A stretch of 64,000 nucleotides of DNA from Monocercomonoides exilis PA203 (taxonomy: Eukaryota; Protista; Preaxostyla): NCBI GenBank assembly GCA_001643675.2, contig LSRY02000001.1, forward strand, positions 620,001 to 684,000, in the 5' to 3' direction. The translations under genes were made by a program, and so were the position numbers. Below are positions 37,683 to 50,117 of the stretch, piece by piece. A model generated the notes under the pieces. The model worked only from the letters and a program-made list of their open reading frames with translations. It did no database searches and was not told where the DNA came from. Position 1 is the stretch's first letter, and every line of letters starts with the position of its first letter.

Positions 37683-40600
37683 ATGGGAGTAGAAAAACAT
37701 CATATGTTGCATTTGTTTTATTCTACAAGAAAGAAATCTATTATTCAACTACTGCAGTTGTTGACTGTTTTTTGTATTTTAAATATTAATGCGCTTATCG
37801 GATTAGAAAAGGAAAATAAAAAGCTTTATGAGAAAGAAAGAAAACATTTTTTGAAAGGCAATAACAACATGATGTCAGAAATTAAAAATATTCTTGGAGA
37901 AGAATTTTTTAAAAATGAAAATGAACAAAAAAGTTATCACTATTCTGAATCAATTATGAAGACAGAAAGCTATCAATTCAGTAGATATAAATATCAGACT
38001 GAAATGTTGTCTCATTTTGTAGAAGTTAACTCCTCAATTTTTGCAACTGCGTTACAAATCAATTCTATTGGAGCAAAGCAAGTTTTTTCTGTTGATGTTA
38101 ATTCGAAGTGTATCTTACAACAAGTAGTTATTATCGTTTCTGAGAAAATGAAAATAACACCTATTCTATGTTTTGGTGAAATGTTGCTCTACAACATATC
38201 CTGTCAATCTTCAGAGGCACAATCAATTGGAAGCCTCATTTCAAGTTCGTTGACAACTTCGCTAAGTGTATTTAGATCTTCGTTTCAAAACATCGAGATA
38301 TTTTCAAGCGGATCCTTTCTTCATTACGGTATTTGCTCTTCTGAGAAAGTTTCATCATGCTCATTTTTCAATATTACCAAGTATCATATGTTAAACGATG
38401 ACGAATCAAGTTACGGAGCCTTGAAAAGTGCTCTTGATAATTGTCAAATTTATGATTCAACGAATGTTCTTGAAGGAGGAATCATTTATGGAACTGCTCA
38501 TTCTTCTTCATTTTCATCAACAAATTCATCATTCATAAATAACATCAGGATCAAAAACTCAATGAACAAAAAGAAAAGACAAAGCGCGACAGAAACTCTA
38601 TTCTTCGAGCTGAATGAATGGATCAACGAAACAGCTGATTGTGGAGGGGCACTGTATGTTTATGACAATCCAGATGCAACGCTAACAGTTCTCAATTCCA
38701 CTTTTTTGGATTGCACAGCAGCAAAAACAAAAGGAGGAGGAATCTTTGCTATAAATATATCAAATGTTGCTGTCAATGACAGTATTTTTCATAATTGCTC
38801 CTGTGCCGTGATTGAAGAAGATGGTGGAGGAGGAGGTGTTTGTTGTTTTCAAATACTTTCTCATGTTATGTCTTCAAATTGCCTTTTCAAAGATTGTTGG
38901 TCTGGAAATGATGGAGGTGGGCTTAGTGTTTGGAATTGTTGTAGTACAAATGAAGAGTGCGTTGAATATTGTGTATTCGTAAATTGCAGTGGAAATAATG
39001 CCTCAAATTCCGCAGGAGGAGGATGCGATATTGTAAACAGCTACTCAAAAATGTGTTGCCGTTCGTGCTGCTTCATGAATTGTATTTCGAGATGTGGAGC
39101 AGGTGGAATTGAAATTGGAATCAATGAAAATATGGTTGGAATTCTTATTTATTTCTGCTTCTTTCATCAAAACACAGCTGAAAAGGGAGGGGGGCATGAT
39201 ATTGTCCTTTTCAATGGTAAGAACAATCAAATTCATTTCACATGCATTTCTACAAGACAATCTGATAACAGAGTATCTTTGCATTGGTCAAGAATCGATG
39301 ATAAAAGTGAATGGCTTCCAAACAATTTCAGTAAATGCGTATTTGTCTCCTCAAAATCGACACAATCGAATGCAAAGGACACTTTCACCTGTGGATTGAA
39401 TGAATCATGTGCATGCCTCACAATCAGCCATTGCCTTTCCCAGTTGATTGTTGAGTTTGTGGATGAAATCAAGGTGTTGAGTGGAACAGTTGTGGAAGGA
39501 AAGGGAGTTGAGATTGGGGAGAAAACAATCTCAGTGAATGGAGCTTCGCCAGCAGGCTCTGCCATTGAAACAAAATTTGAATCAAGTGGACTGAGTCTGT
39601 TTTGTGTTGGAACAGGAGAGTTGAGTGTGAGCGACTTGTCAGTGATTCACAATTCATCATTTGAAAACAACCGAAGAAGCAGATTATTTGAAGTTAAGGG
39701 AAGTGGGTTGATAGATGTGAAGAGAATGAATATATCGATGGATGCAGATCATTCAGAAGAGAGGAGCATTCAGAACTCACTTGTGAAACTGGATGGGGGA
39801 AGTTTGAAGATGAAAGATGTGAGATGGGAACAAACATTCAGCGCCACAAATGTGATGTCTGTGTCTCAGGATGCAACGGTTTCGTTAACTCTGGAAAACG
39901 AAACGTTCAGTAACATTGTAAGGACAACAGCAGGATCATCGCTGATGAGTCTGGGTGAAGGGTCATATTCAATAACTCTTGAGGGATGCACAATTGATGG
40001 GTGTGGAAGTGAAGACTCCGACTTTGGAGGAGGCTTGATGGTTGAAATTGGAAGCGGGGATTCATTGAATGTGAAAGGAGGTGTTGTGAAGAACTGTTAT
40101 GCCTCAACAATCCAAGGGAGAGGAGGAGGGATTGGGCTGAAAGTTAAAGACATAAATACAGATTTAATAATATCATCAGTATTTGAAGGATGCAAAGCCA
40201 AATGGGGAAGTGATATTTTTGTTGACTCTATCGATCTGGAGTCAACAGCAAAAAGTGGAAAGATAACATTTCTGACAGCTTCGAATTCAACAATAAACAA
40301 TATTCGTGGATTCAACAATAGAGATGACTCCATTCCAATTCCACTTTGTGCTTATCTGATTTCTTTGCCAGAGGAGATTGTTGTGAGCAGTGTTGATGCA
40401 TTTGACCATTCTCTTTGTGGATTTTCTGAGTTTCCCTGCCTGACGCTGAGGCATTGCTTGACGAGGCAAGAAGAGGAAAAGAAGATAGTTGTTGATGGGA
40501 TGATTGAAGTGAAAAATGAACTGACATTTGGTTCCTTCAAACACACAATCAGAGGGAAAGACGGAAAAAGTGGATGGAAAGTGATTGACGATTCTGATGG

Positions 40601-43600
40601 AAGTGGAGAAAGCATGATAACAGTTAGTGAAATGCAAATATGAATTCACTAACTTTCTCTGTTCCATCTGCTCTCCATAATCACGAAGTGTTCTTCAGTT
40701 CTTCCTCACAGTCATTTTCGCTTGATGATTGCTCACTGACTTTGCAAAATTCCCAATCAGCGTTATCTTATGTGTTTTTGTCTGTGTCAGCAGGTGAGGT
40801 GTCCGTTTCATCGCTTTCTGCGTTGTCTTTGCCCATTGGGAATCATCCATTGATTAGCCTTGCCGGAAGTGGTGTTGCTGGCACATTCACTTCCATGAAT
40901 ATTGAAGATATTAGCTCGACAATTAATAGTGTTTTGTTTGGAGTGGCTAATGGAGCATCTTTAACGATTAAAGATTCAACGCTTTCAGTGAAAGCATATT
41001 CACAAAAAGATTTGCCATCCGAATCAATTCGAGTGATATGCACAAATTCTGCCAAGTTTTTGAAGCTCACAAGCAATAAAATCAGTGGATTCAAAGGAGA
41101 TGGAGAAAATGGAGGAGCAGTCGAATGCACGCTTGGGAGAGATTGCTCACTGGAAATAGTTGGAGGGACGATGTCTGGGTGTGAGAGCAACGGAGGAAAT
41201 GGAGGAGGATTGTGGGTTGAAATGGAAGAAGGATCATCATTCACTGTGGGAAATATGACAGATGCTGACTCAGCAAGGGCAATATTTCCAAATGATGAAA
41301 GTGATTTATTTGAACTTGTGAGCTGCAAGGCAACACAAAACACAGGTGGAGAGCGTGGATATGGGGGAGGGATTTATGTTCATTTGGATGATGGAGCGAG
41401 TTCATTCATTTTGGAGGATGTTTCATTTTCTGTGTGTGATGCAAGAGAGGGGAAAGAAATCTTCATCAACGCAAATGATCTTTCAAGAGCGATTAGCAGA
41501 AGCTCGATTGAATTTGAAGTTGATTTGAACGATTTTTCAAAATTGAATGGATTTGAGAGATCAACATTGAATGATGCATTTGCCATTCCGCTGGTGTTGT
41601 ATTTGTGGAATAACTTTTCAGGGTCTGCCTTTGTTGGAGGAGGATCATTGGGCCTTGATTTTTCGATGTGTGGATATGAGTCATTTCCATGCTCCACAAT
41701 CACGAAGGCGGGATCAATCCATTTTGAAGGGAAGAAAAAAGACATAACCATTTTTGAATCATTTGCCTTTGAGGATGAATTGAGCTTGAGTACAGATGAA
41801 TGGAACGTCAAAGCAAAACAGAATGAAATTAAATGTGAGGTTGTCGATCTGACAGAGGGAACGCAAAGTGGATTGATTGAGAACTCAGTTTCTGTGTCAA
41901 TGACTGGCATTGTATTTTCTTTGATTCAATCGCTTTCATTTCATGAAAGTATGTTTGAGTGCTGCTCAGGGAAGCTCACGCTGAACAAGTGTGGGAAGGA
42001 AGGAGGGATTGAGGCTATTTCAACAGTGTTTGTGAGTGTTGTTGGAGGGGCTGTAGAAGTGAGTGAGTTTGGATCAAGGAATATGAAAATAGGAGATTCA
42101 TCGATATTTGTTGTTGAATGGAATGCTTTAAGTGTGCCTTCGATGAATATGACAAACAGCGATTTTGGAGAAATCACATTTGGTGATGGGAGTGTTGTTG
42201 AGTGCCACAACGGAAATATTGAAGAGATGTCGGGATGCACATTTTCATCGATTACTCGTTCACAGGGAAGTGGAGGATGCATCAGCATTGTGAACAATGG
42301 GGATGATGATGGTGGAAGAGATTTCAAAGTGAAAATAGAAGACTGCACATTTGAAGGGTGTGCTGTTGCTGGAGAGGAGGGAACTGAGATTGGAGGAGGT
42401 GCACTCTTTTGTGAGGCATCTTCAAAAACGAATCTTTTGATAAATTTGTGTAAGTTTTATTGTTGCAGAGCACCATATGAAGAGGGAAGTGTTGGATATG
42501 GAGGAGGTATGATGCTGAACTTGTTGAGTGAAATGTGTGAGACAGATTTCGTGATATCATCTCCAACTTTTTCATCCGATAAGCCGAATAATGCGAAATA
42601 TGGGAAAGACTTGTTTGTTTCATCTCCATCGCTTATCAGCAGCATCAAGAACGAAACCCTGCCATTTGTGAAAGATAGAATGGAGATGCTGACAGAAGAC
42701 TCAATGAGAGGGTATGATGGAGGAAACAAGGAATGTGCAATCCCACTGATCTATTTCTGGAAAGAGATTGGAACGAGTGTGCTTGTTGCAAGAGGAGGAA
42801 ACAATGTGGTTGTGTGTGGACTGTTGGAGTATCCATGTGGGTCTGTTGATTATGGGGTGAAGCGAGGGAGTGACTTAGGGATTGAATCGATTGTTGTTCA
42901 GGGGACTTGTGATGTGAGGAGTGAAATGAGTGTGAGTGGGATGAGGCTTGAAGGAACAAATAGCGAAACAGACAAAATTCAATTTGTGAAAGAGATTGAA
43001 GGGGATGGAGATGCTGTTATTGAATGCAAAGGGGTTGTTCAATTCAAAGAAGTGGGAATGATGATTCCCAGTTCCTTTGATAATGAAGCAAGCATCCTCA
43101 TCCATGCAGGATCAGAAGCAGTCAAAACGAGTATTGTCAGTTGTTCAATTTTCATGAGTGACAATGATGAAAGTGAGGTGTCATTTGTTCTGATCAGTGC
43201 ATTGAAAGGAATTGTTTCTATTGAAAATACAAACATCGCAGGATTGTCATCGATGTGTGAGATCATGAGTGTATCAACAGATTGTGCGATAGCAATGAAC
43301 AATGTGATATTTGAAGATATTGCGTTGAGCGGGAAAAGCGCACTGACAATGAGTGAAAATGTGATTTCCAAAAGTGGAAATGATGATTCAGAAGAAATAT
43401 GGAATATTCTGTTTGAGCAATGTTTGTTTGTGAATGTGAAGCACAGTGTGTCAAGCAACCCTTCATTCCTTATCTGTGATGTGCCAAATGAAGTGAGACT
43501 GAAAATGGAGAATTCGACAATTGATGGCTGTGGATCAGCAAGTTCGAATGAAGGAGGAGGAGTGTTTTTCCTTCTCGATGAGAAGGGGAGATTGGAGATG

Positions 43601-46600
43601 AATCACACAAACGTGACAGACTGTTTCTGTTCGAACATTGGGAGAGGCGGAGGACTGTTTTTGAAATCACAGAGTGTCTCACAGAAGACTTTGCCATTTG
43701 TGCTGTCGAACATCACATTCATTCGGAATGTTGCATCGAAGGGGAGGGATGTGTTTGTGAAGTGCACTGATCTTGACTCGCAGATAAGTGAGTCACAGTT
43801 CCTGATAAATTTTGGGGAGCCATTTGTGAGGGAGCTGGCGATATGGGGTTGCACAGCAGACAATTATGGGGGTGAAGAGGATCTTCTGAGGAGGGTGTTT
43901 GTGTTCAGGAGCGAATTCATATTTGTTTCATCGATTGTGGAGAACAGCAGCGACAGCAAGCAGTGTGGGGAAATGAAGGGTGCATGCTCGTCGCTGAATG
44001 TTGGGGTGAGCCACATCATCCCATCAGATTATTCGCAGCTGCTGATATGGAATGAAACAACTTTAACAGGCTCGTGCTCTGCTCAAAAGGTGACGATCAA
44101 GTCGATGGAATCGAATAGGAATGCCGAGATAAAAGTGAGTGAGGTTGAGTTTGCAGGGGAGGAAGTTGTGAGAACATCAGACTCTGTTCGCTTTGAGAAA
44201 GTGTCATTTATTTTTGATGGTATGTGTAATATTGCCTGCTCGTACTTAATACACCAGCTGAATGGATCTCTCATTCTGGAATCTGTTTCATTCCTATCGG
44301 AGAGCGGATCATTGGAGAATTTGCAAACCCTTTTTGACTTTTCTCTTCTGGTTGTTGAAGATGGAATATTTGAGGTGGAAAAGTGCGATGTTTGTCATTT
44401 GAAATTCTCGAAGCCAATGTTCCAGATATTGATCTCAGAAAGAGCAACATTTGAAGATCTGACTGTTTGCAATGTCCAATGCAAGAGTTCGGTAATTGAA
44501 TGCAGAAAGAACGAGAAAGTGATTATTACTAAGTTGACAACCACAAATATCTCTTTGCAAAATGAAAGCCTGATCTCATTCGAAAACAGCCAATCTTCAC
44601 TCGTTTTGTCATTGATGGTGTCGTCATTCACAAATATCAGCCGATCGAGTGATTGGCCTTGCATTGTTTGGGCAAATCAACCTATTACTGGCTTTGAGAT
44701 GTGCAACTGCTCTTTTCATGAGTGCACGTCAGAGTCACCAAAGGGGAGCCAAATGACGATAACATCAGCAGAAAAGATATTGATTGAGTCGTGTGTGTTT
44801 GAAGGGAATCTTGTTTTAGGAACAGAAAGGAATGAGATCACTGATGAAGTGTGCAAATGGAATGGGTCAGTTGTTGACTTGTCAATGAGTGAAGCAGTTG
44901 TGAGAGACACCACGATCTACAACTCATCGAAGGGAGGGATGAGTGTGAGTGGAGGCACAATAATTATCAAAGATGGAAGATTTGAGAACAACAATCCTTC
45001 GATTGAGAATTACCCATCAGTGAGAAGAAACATTATTTGCTCAGATTCTGCTTCGCTGAACATTTCCAGCTTGAAAGGAGGCGATGGGGTTTTACAAATT
45101 ACATCACTTTGGATTTTGAATGAAGGATGCAATTTTGAAAGCATTGCATCTGAAAGAGCATCTCCATTCTTCATTTCAGTTCTGGAAAGTGTTGAAGTAA
45201 AGGAGGCAGAAGCAGAAGTTGACGTTGTTTTCAAAGGGAAGCTGCTGCTTCCATGCAACTTGTCATTCATGGTTGTGAAGCAGTTTGGGGATGAAAAGCA
45301 GATAGAAAAATATGAATTTGATGAGAGCGGATATGTGTCTGAGACAGAAGCAGAAGGGAGTGTTCCTACGAAGACAATAGCTGAGGCTGGAGACGAAGCA
45401 GAAGTGAGAGTGTGCATTCTATTTGGGAAATCCAATGAACAATCATTCACTGACTCTTTCATCGTGAAGAACAGAAGTGAGCCCAAGGTTAATGAAGATG
45501 AAAGGATTGTTGAAGGAGGGAAAGAAGGGAAATCGTATTGGTTGTTGATTATTTGTATTGTGATTGTTGTGGTGCTATTAATTGTGTCGATAATATTCAT
45601 TGCTCGATGGAAGAAGGTTAAGAATGAAGCAGAAGATCTGAGAGAGATTGTGAATGACAACATCAAAAAGGATCCGAAGTTGATTGAGATGGTGACGATG
45701 GAGATGTCACCCGAGGAGCAGTGGAGGAGAGCGGAGAGGGAGGCAGAAAAGAAGAATGAAGAGAGGATAAAGAAGAGAATATATGATACGAATATTCAAC
45801 ACTCTGAATCATCAGAGCATCTTCTCTCTGAGAGTGGATCGACCGAATACATATTGGGAAAAGACTCAGATAAGATTCCAGAATGGGCATTGGAGAATGT
45901 TGAGGAAGAAGAGATAAGAAAGAGAACACCATCACCATCAATTTCTTCCACTTGTTCAACTGATTCAGATTCGACATTTGTTCGAGGGGAGGATTTGTGC
46001 CCAACAACCTCGTCGATGTCGAACTTGGTGGATGCAATGGCCTGTTCATCACCTTATGAGAAATTGATAGTGGATCTGAGGGATTCATTATTCATGCTGC
46101 TGCATGGAAGGAACAAGACAAAGGAAATGCCAATTGGAACTCTGCAGGAAAGAGAGCAAACAGCTGCCCAGATCCTATTCTGGGTGGCTAATCTCGCTCT
46201 TCACTCCTTTGATGAAATGGAAAACCCTCTTCAATCTCTTTCCAATTTGAGTCCGCACATTGTGCTATTCTCAGAACACATGGTGATCTGCATTGTTATG
46301 CATTCTGATTTCCTTTCATCTGACGATTCAGACTCATCTTCCTTTTCTTCGATGACAATTGTTTCTTCTTCTTCAAATATTTCTGTTCTGAGCGAGAGGT
46401 TCACAGACTCGCCTCCTCCCTCATCAGCGTTTGAGGATGAGGATGATTTCAAAAAAGAGTGCTTGAGGTGGAAGGCGCCTGAACTGCTGATCAACAAGAA
46501 GATGGGAGCAACCAAGGAGTCGGTGGTATTCTCGATTGGGATGATGGTGTGGGAGTGTCTGACACTGGATATCCCGTTTGGAGAATACGAGGCAGAGGTG

Positions 46601-46867
46601 GCAGGGCAGAAGATTGTGAATGGTGAAAGGCCAAACATGGAAATAATCCAAGCAGCAAGTTTAGGAGAGACAACGAATGCATGTATCACACTGCAAGCTG
46701 ATAGCAGACCCACGCTTGTGGAGCTGAAGCGAGAGTTTCTCGGGCACTTTCCTGCAGAAATGGTTGTGGTTACTGCATCCGATGCGATTGACTATGAAAT
46801 TGTCTCCGACAAAGCTAGAGGAAGCCAAGTTGCTTCAAGCAGAAGTTGTGATTCAACATATCTGTAG
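37683..46867 (+). CDS. Giant single-pass surface receptor (~3060 aa): signal peptide, repeated Cys/Gly beta-helix-like modules, TM helix, degenerate kinase (pseudokinase) C-lobe; frameshift near 40630
   Basis: Hydrophobic N-terminus, many GG(A/G)(I/L/V) motifs, five CGxxxx(P/A)C module joints, TM YWLLIICIVIVVVLLIVSIIFIARWKK, and a tail LRWKAPELL...VFSIGMMVWECLTLDIPFGE...GERP...RPT. ORFs 37683-40643 and 40640-46867 are one frame apart and continue the same module. Confidence 0.85.
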
Positions 46868-48886
46868 TGCTTATCGTTTCTATAGGATAGGAGGTATGAA
46901 AACAGGTGGTTGAAGACGAAAAACACCATTACGATCGTTTGGAACATAAAAATGCTAAAAACAAAAAAGAATGAAAATATCAAACACTTGACAATGTGGA
47001 AGATGTGAAATTTTTGGTGACAAAGCTGAAAAAGAAGTGGTGAAATTGAATATGAAAAAGATTATCTGTTGCGTTGAAGCCTTTTTGTTGTGGTTTCCGA
47101 ATCGCAAGCAAAAAGAAAGTGACTGATCATTCGAAATAAAGATGATGATTCATTTTTTGAATTGATAATGTGTTAGCAATAAAGACATAAGACCACCTGT
47201 TTTTCCAAAATGATTGAGATTTTCAATTTTTCTTTTATTCCTAAAGAGTTTCATGAATGGTCTGAAGTTGTATTTTGTTGTTTATAATTTTTATGCTCCA
47301 GAACTTTCGAGAAACGACATATTAAAACCATGCAATAAATTGATTAGAAGATAATTAAAAAGAAAGAGGATAAAAAAGCGTTCACAAAAAATATTGTGAC
47401 AAATTATTTTCTTTATGAAAAAAAATGATTTGTTTCAAACCTTTCCGGTTCATATCAAAATAAGTCTAACACTATTTTGCAAATAAAATCACAAAAAAAG
47501 GTTGAAAAGTTTAAAAGATATCAATATGACGAGAATTTCAAAGGTAGCAAAACAAGAAATATCATTACATTAATATAATATAATTTTTCATAATGAAAAA
47601 TACATTTTAAAGAAAAAAAACAATGTGAATAAAAAATTTAAAAAGAGTAATATATTTATCATTTCCAAGTTTTTGTGTTAGGACCTTGATTTAAACTTCT
47701 GCTGGCAATTTTGTAATTAAGAAGTTCTCTGACAATAGTCAATTGATTATCATTGAATCGTCTCAAATTATTTTCTGTAAATAATAACCGTAAGAAGAAT
47801 ATCTTATATGTGAAGAAGAAATTCACTAAAAGACTGTGAAAAATTCCCTTCTTCGAAAAGAAAATGACTTAAATAAAAATTGCCCAATAATTTCAATTTC
47901 ATACAAATGGCATCGAGAAATGTTGGACTAGTTTATTTCAGAGTTTTTCAGAATAGATTGAAATTGTTTATTTTGATAATGAGGCATATAAAACATTTTG
48001 GATTTGACAAAGTCTTTATGATAAATAGAAAGAAAGATTAAAAAAAGAAAAGAAAAGAAAAGAAAAAATATCAAGCTTCGTGGAAAGATAATGAACTTGG
48101 AAATAGAACAAAATGAAAATTGTGGTGAACGATAAAGAATGAATTTTTGTATTCATTGTGAATTGCATTTTTTTCTTTTTCAATGAAGCTGACCCATCTT
48201 TCAATTTCGATGATATCATTTTTATTTATTCAATTAGATGGAATTGGAATAAAAAAATTTTATTGAAATAAATATTATAATTCGAATAATCACAGTTTAT
48301 TTCAGATAACACCAGTTTATTCGAATTGAAAAAATTTATTTCTGAAAGACCAGGTTTATTCCAATAAAGCCCTCAACAAAAATTCTAATTATCTTTTTTG
48401 TCGATTCGAATGTTATGAAAAATCAGGATATTTTTTGACAGAAAGATATTATTAACACATAAATTTTTTATTCCAAAATTTTTTATTTAACAGTTATGGT
48501 CATAAATTAAAAAATGTTAATCTGACTTTCTGAACGAAAGGATTTGAGATCGAATAGTGTTATATGAAATGTTTCTAAAATTCAAAATGACATTTTCAGA
48601 AACGTGGATAAATCAGATGATATGCAATATTTGAAGGGTTTTACTCAATGAAAGAAGAAGCTTTAATGATGTGAGGAAAGAAAGAACAATCAACTAAACT
48701 TTACGAATAATCAATTTACAGAATTGCAAAAAATTCAAAGTTCATAGCGATTCACAGAGAAAAATCTTCTTCAAGGAAAATTTCAGATTTAACATTTTAT
48801 GCTGGAACAGAAAACTGAAAAGAGGAAAGAACGCATGTGCGAGTGCATAATCGCTTCGTATACGCTCATATTCAGGTGATGGATAG

Positions 48887-49600
48887 GTGCAATTAAAGGC
48901 ATGCCAATCAAAAATCTTAATTTACAATCGTTATTGTTTTTTCAACTTCTTCCACGATTGCAGGAACAATACTTTCACTCCATATGGCAATGATGTGATG
49001 TACCATGATTATTACAATGTCATTTCGACTTCAGACAATCCATTTCATGAATCGTACACAACGAATACTGATGAAAAGAGAGTGCGCTATGCTTATTATT
49101 CGAGTGGTTGGAAATATCAGCATACAGAAAAGAAGGATTGGCTGAAAGAAGGTATGAAAAATTGATTTTTCTGGTGTGGATGGAAATAACACTAGCAACC
49201 TGCATAGGATGACCGAAACAGATGCATGCAAGACAGCTTATCATGAAGGGATCTTCCGAAATGCAACAAAAAATCTATCACCACTAACGTTTGTGGAGTT
49301 GCTCTAGAAGCAGAAAAAAGCACACATAGAAGAGCGCAGCTTTCCTAATAACTTTACGTACTCGCTCTGATTGCATGTACAGTTTTGTTGGCTAGACTGG
49401 ACAAGATAAATACTTTTCTTTTGGCACTTAGAAAGATGCTATGGCTGGATCTGCTCAGACTTTGCAGATTCTTCTATCTTCAAGCAGATCGTAGTGTCAT
49501 TCTCCCTCAACTTCTTCGAATTCTTCTTCTCATCCTCCTCCTTTTTCATTATTCTCTTCTTCATCATCATCGTTGTCAATGCATTCCGCAGCTTCGCTGA
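48887..49600 (+). pseudogene. Decayed fragment of a surface-protein family gene inside the TIR element
   Basis: Reads YCFFNFFHDC...YGNDV...NPFHESYTTNTDEKRV...EKKDWLKEGMKN*FSGVDGNNTSNLHRMTETDACKT. This parallels YFCFFHQNTAEKGGGHDI...SDNRV...DKSEWLPNNFSKCVFVS...TCGLNESCACLT in the 37683 protein. Contains stops and frameshifts; 3' limit approximate. Confidence 0.7.
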
Positions 49601-49849
49601 ATGTGCATTTAGATTTCTTTCTTCTTCCACGTCAGAACATCCCGCCCTGCTTTAGATCATCGTACGGCTTCCGCGCTCTGGCTGTGCTGAACGGAGTGAA
49701 TGAGGCGAATGGACATCGAATGAGAAATTGCAGTGGAAGAGGGAAGGAGCTTCAAGGCACATTACATTCATCTGCTCGTTTAATGGCAAAACAAAGGAGC
49801 GAAGAGAAAGGATTGTGCATTCAAACGGAAGAGGCAAAAAAAGAGATAT

Positions 49850-50117
49850 GGGGGAAAATATTTCGCTTCAGGCATTTTCATTGAAAAATTATGTCCTTTT
49901 CATTAACATTTTGAATTCAAAAGACACAATAAATATGGGTCCATTTTTTGACATTCGATAAAAGTCACAATACTTAATGTTTAGATTTCAATGATGCCTG
50001 TTTACGGATATGAAAATCATAATTATTTTGAATATTTGGAAAGCGAATAAAAGTTACGAGTGAAGCGATTTTTCAATGCCTTGTGTAATAAAATCCTGAA
50101 AGATCGTATTTTCCCCC
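49850..50117. mobile_element. 268-bp MITE with GGGGGAAAATA TIRs and AT (or ATAT) target duplication
   Basis: Perfect inverted pair ATATGGGGGAAAATA (49846-49860) and TATTTTCCCCCATAT (50107-50121). Second copy at 27989-28256. Confidence 0.85.

Noticed and set aside
40640-40643. ATGA overlap as a bacterial-style translationally coupled two-gene operon
   Set aside because: ORF2 begins mid-module without a signal peptide and continues the same repeat, so a single broken gene is more parsimonious.
48240-48370. CRISPR-like periodic repeats (also 51170-51320)
   Set aside because: The period is only ~20 bp, units are degenerate with no unique spacers, and the context is eukaryotic with no cas genes. 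They are explained as TIR subrepeats.
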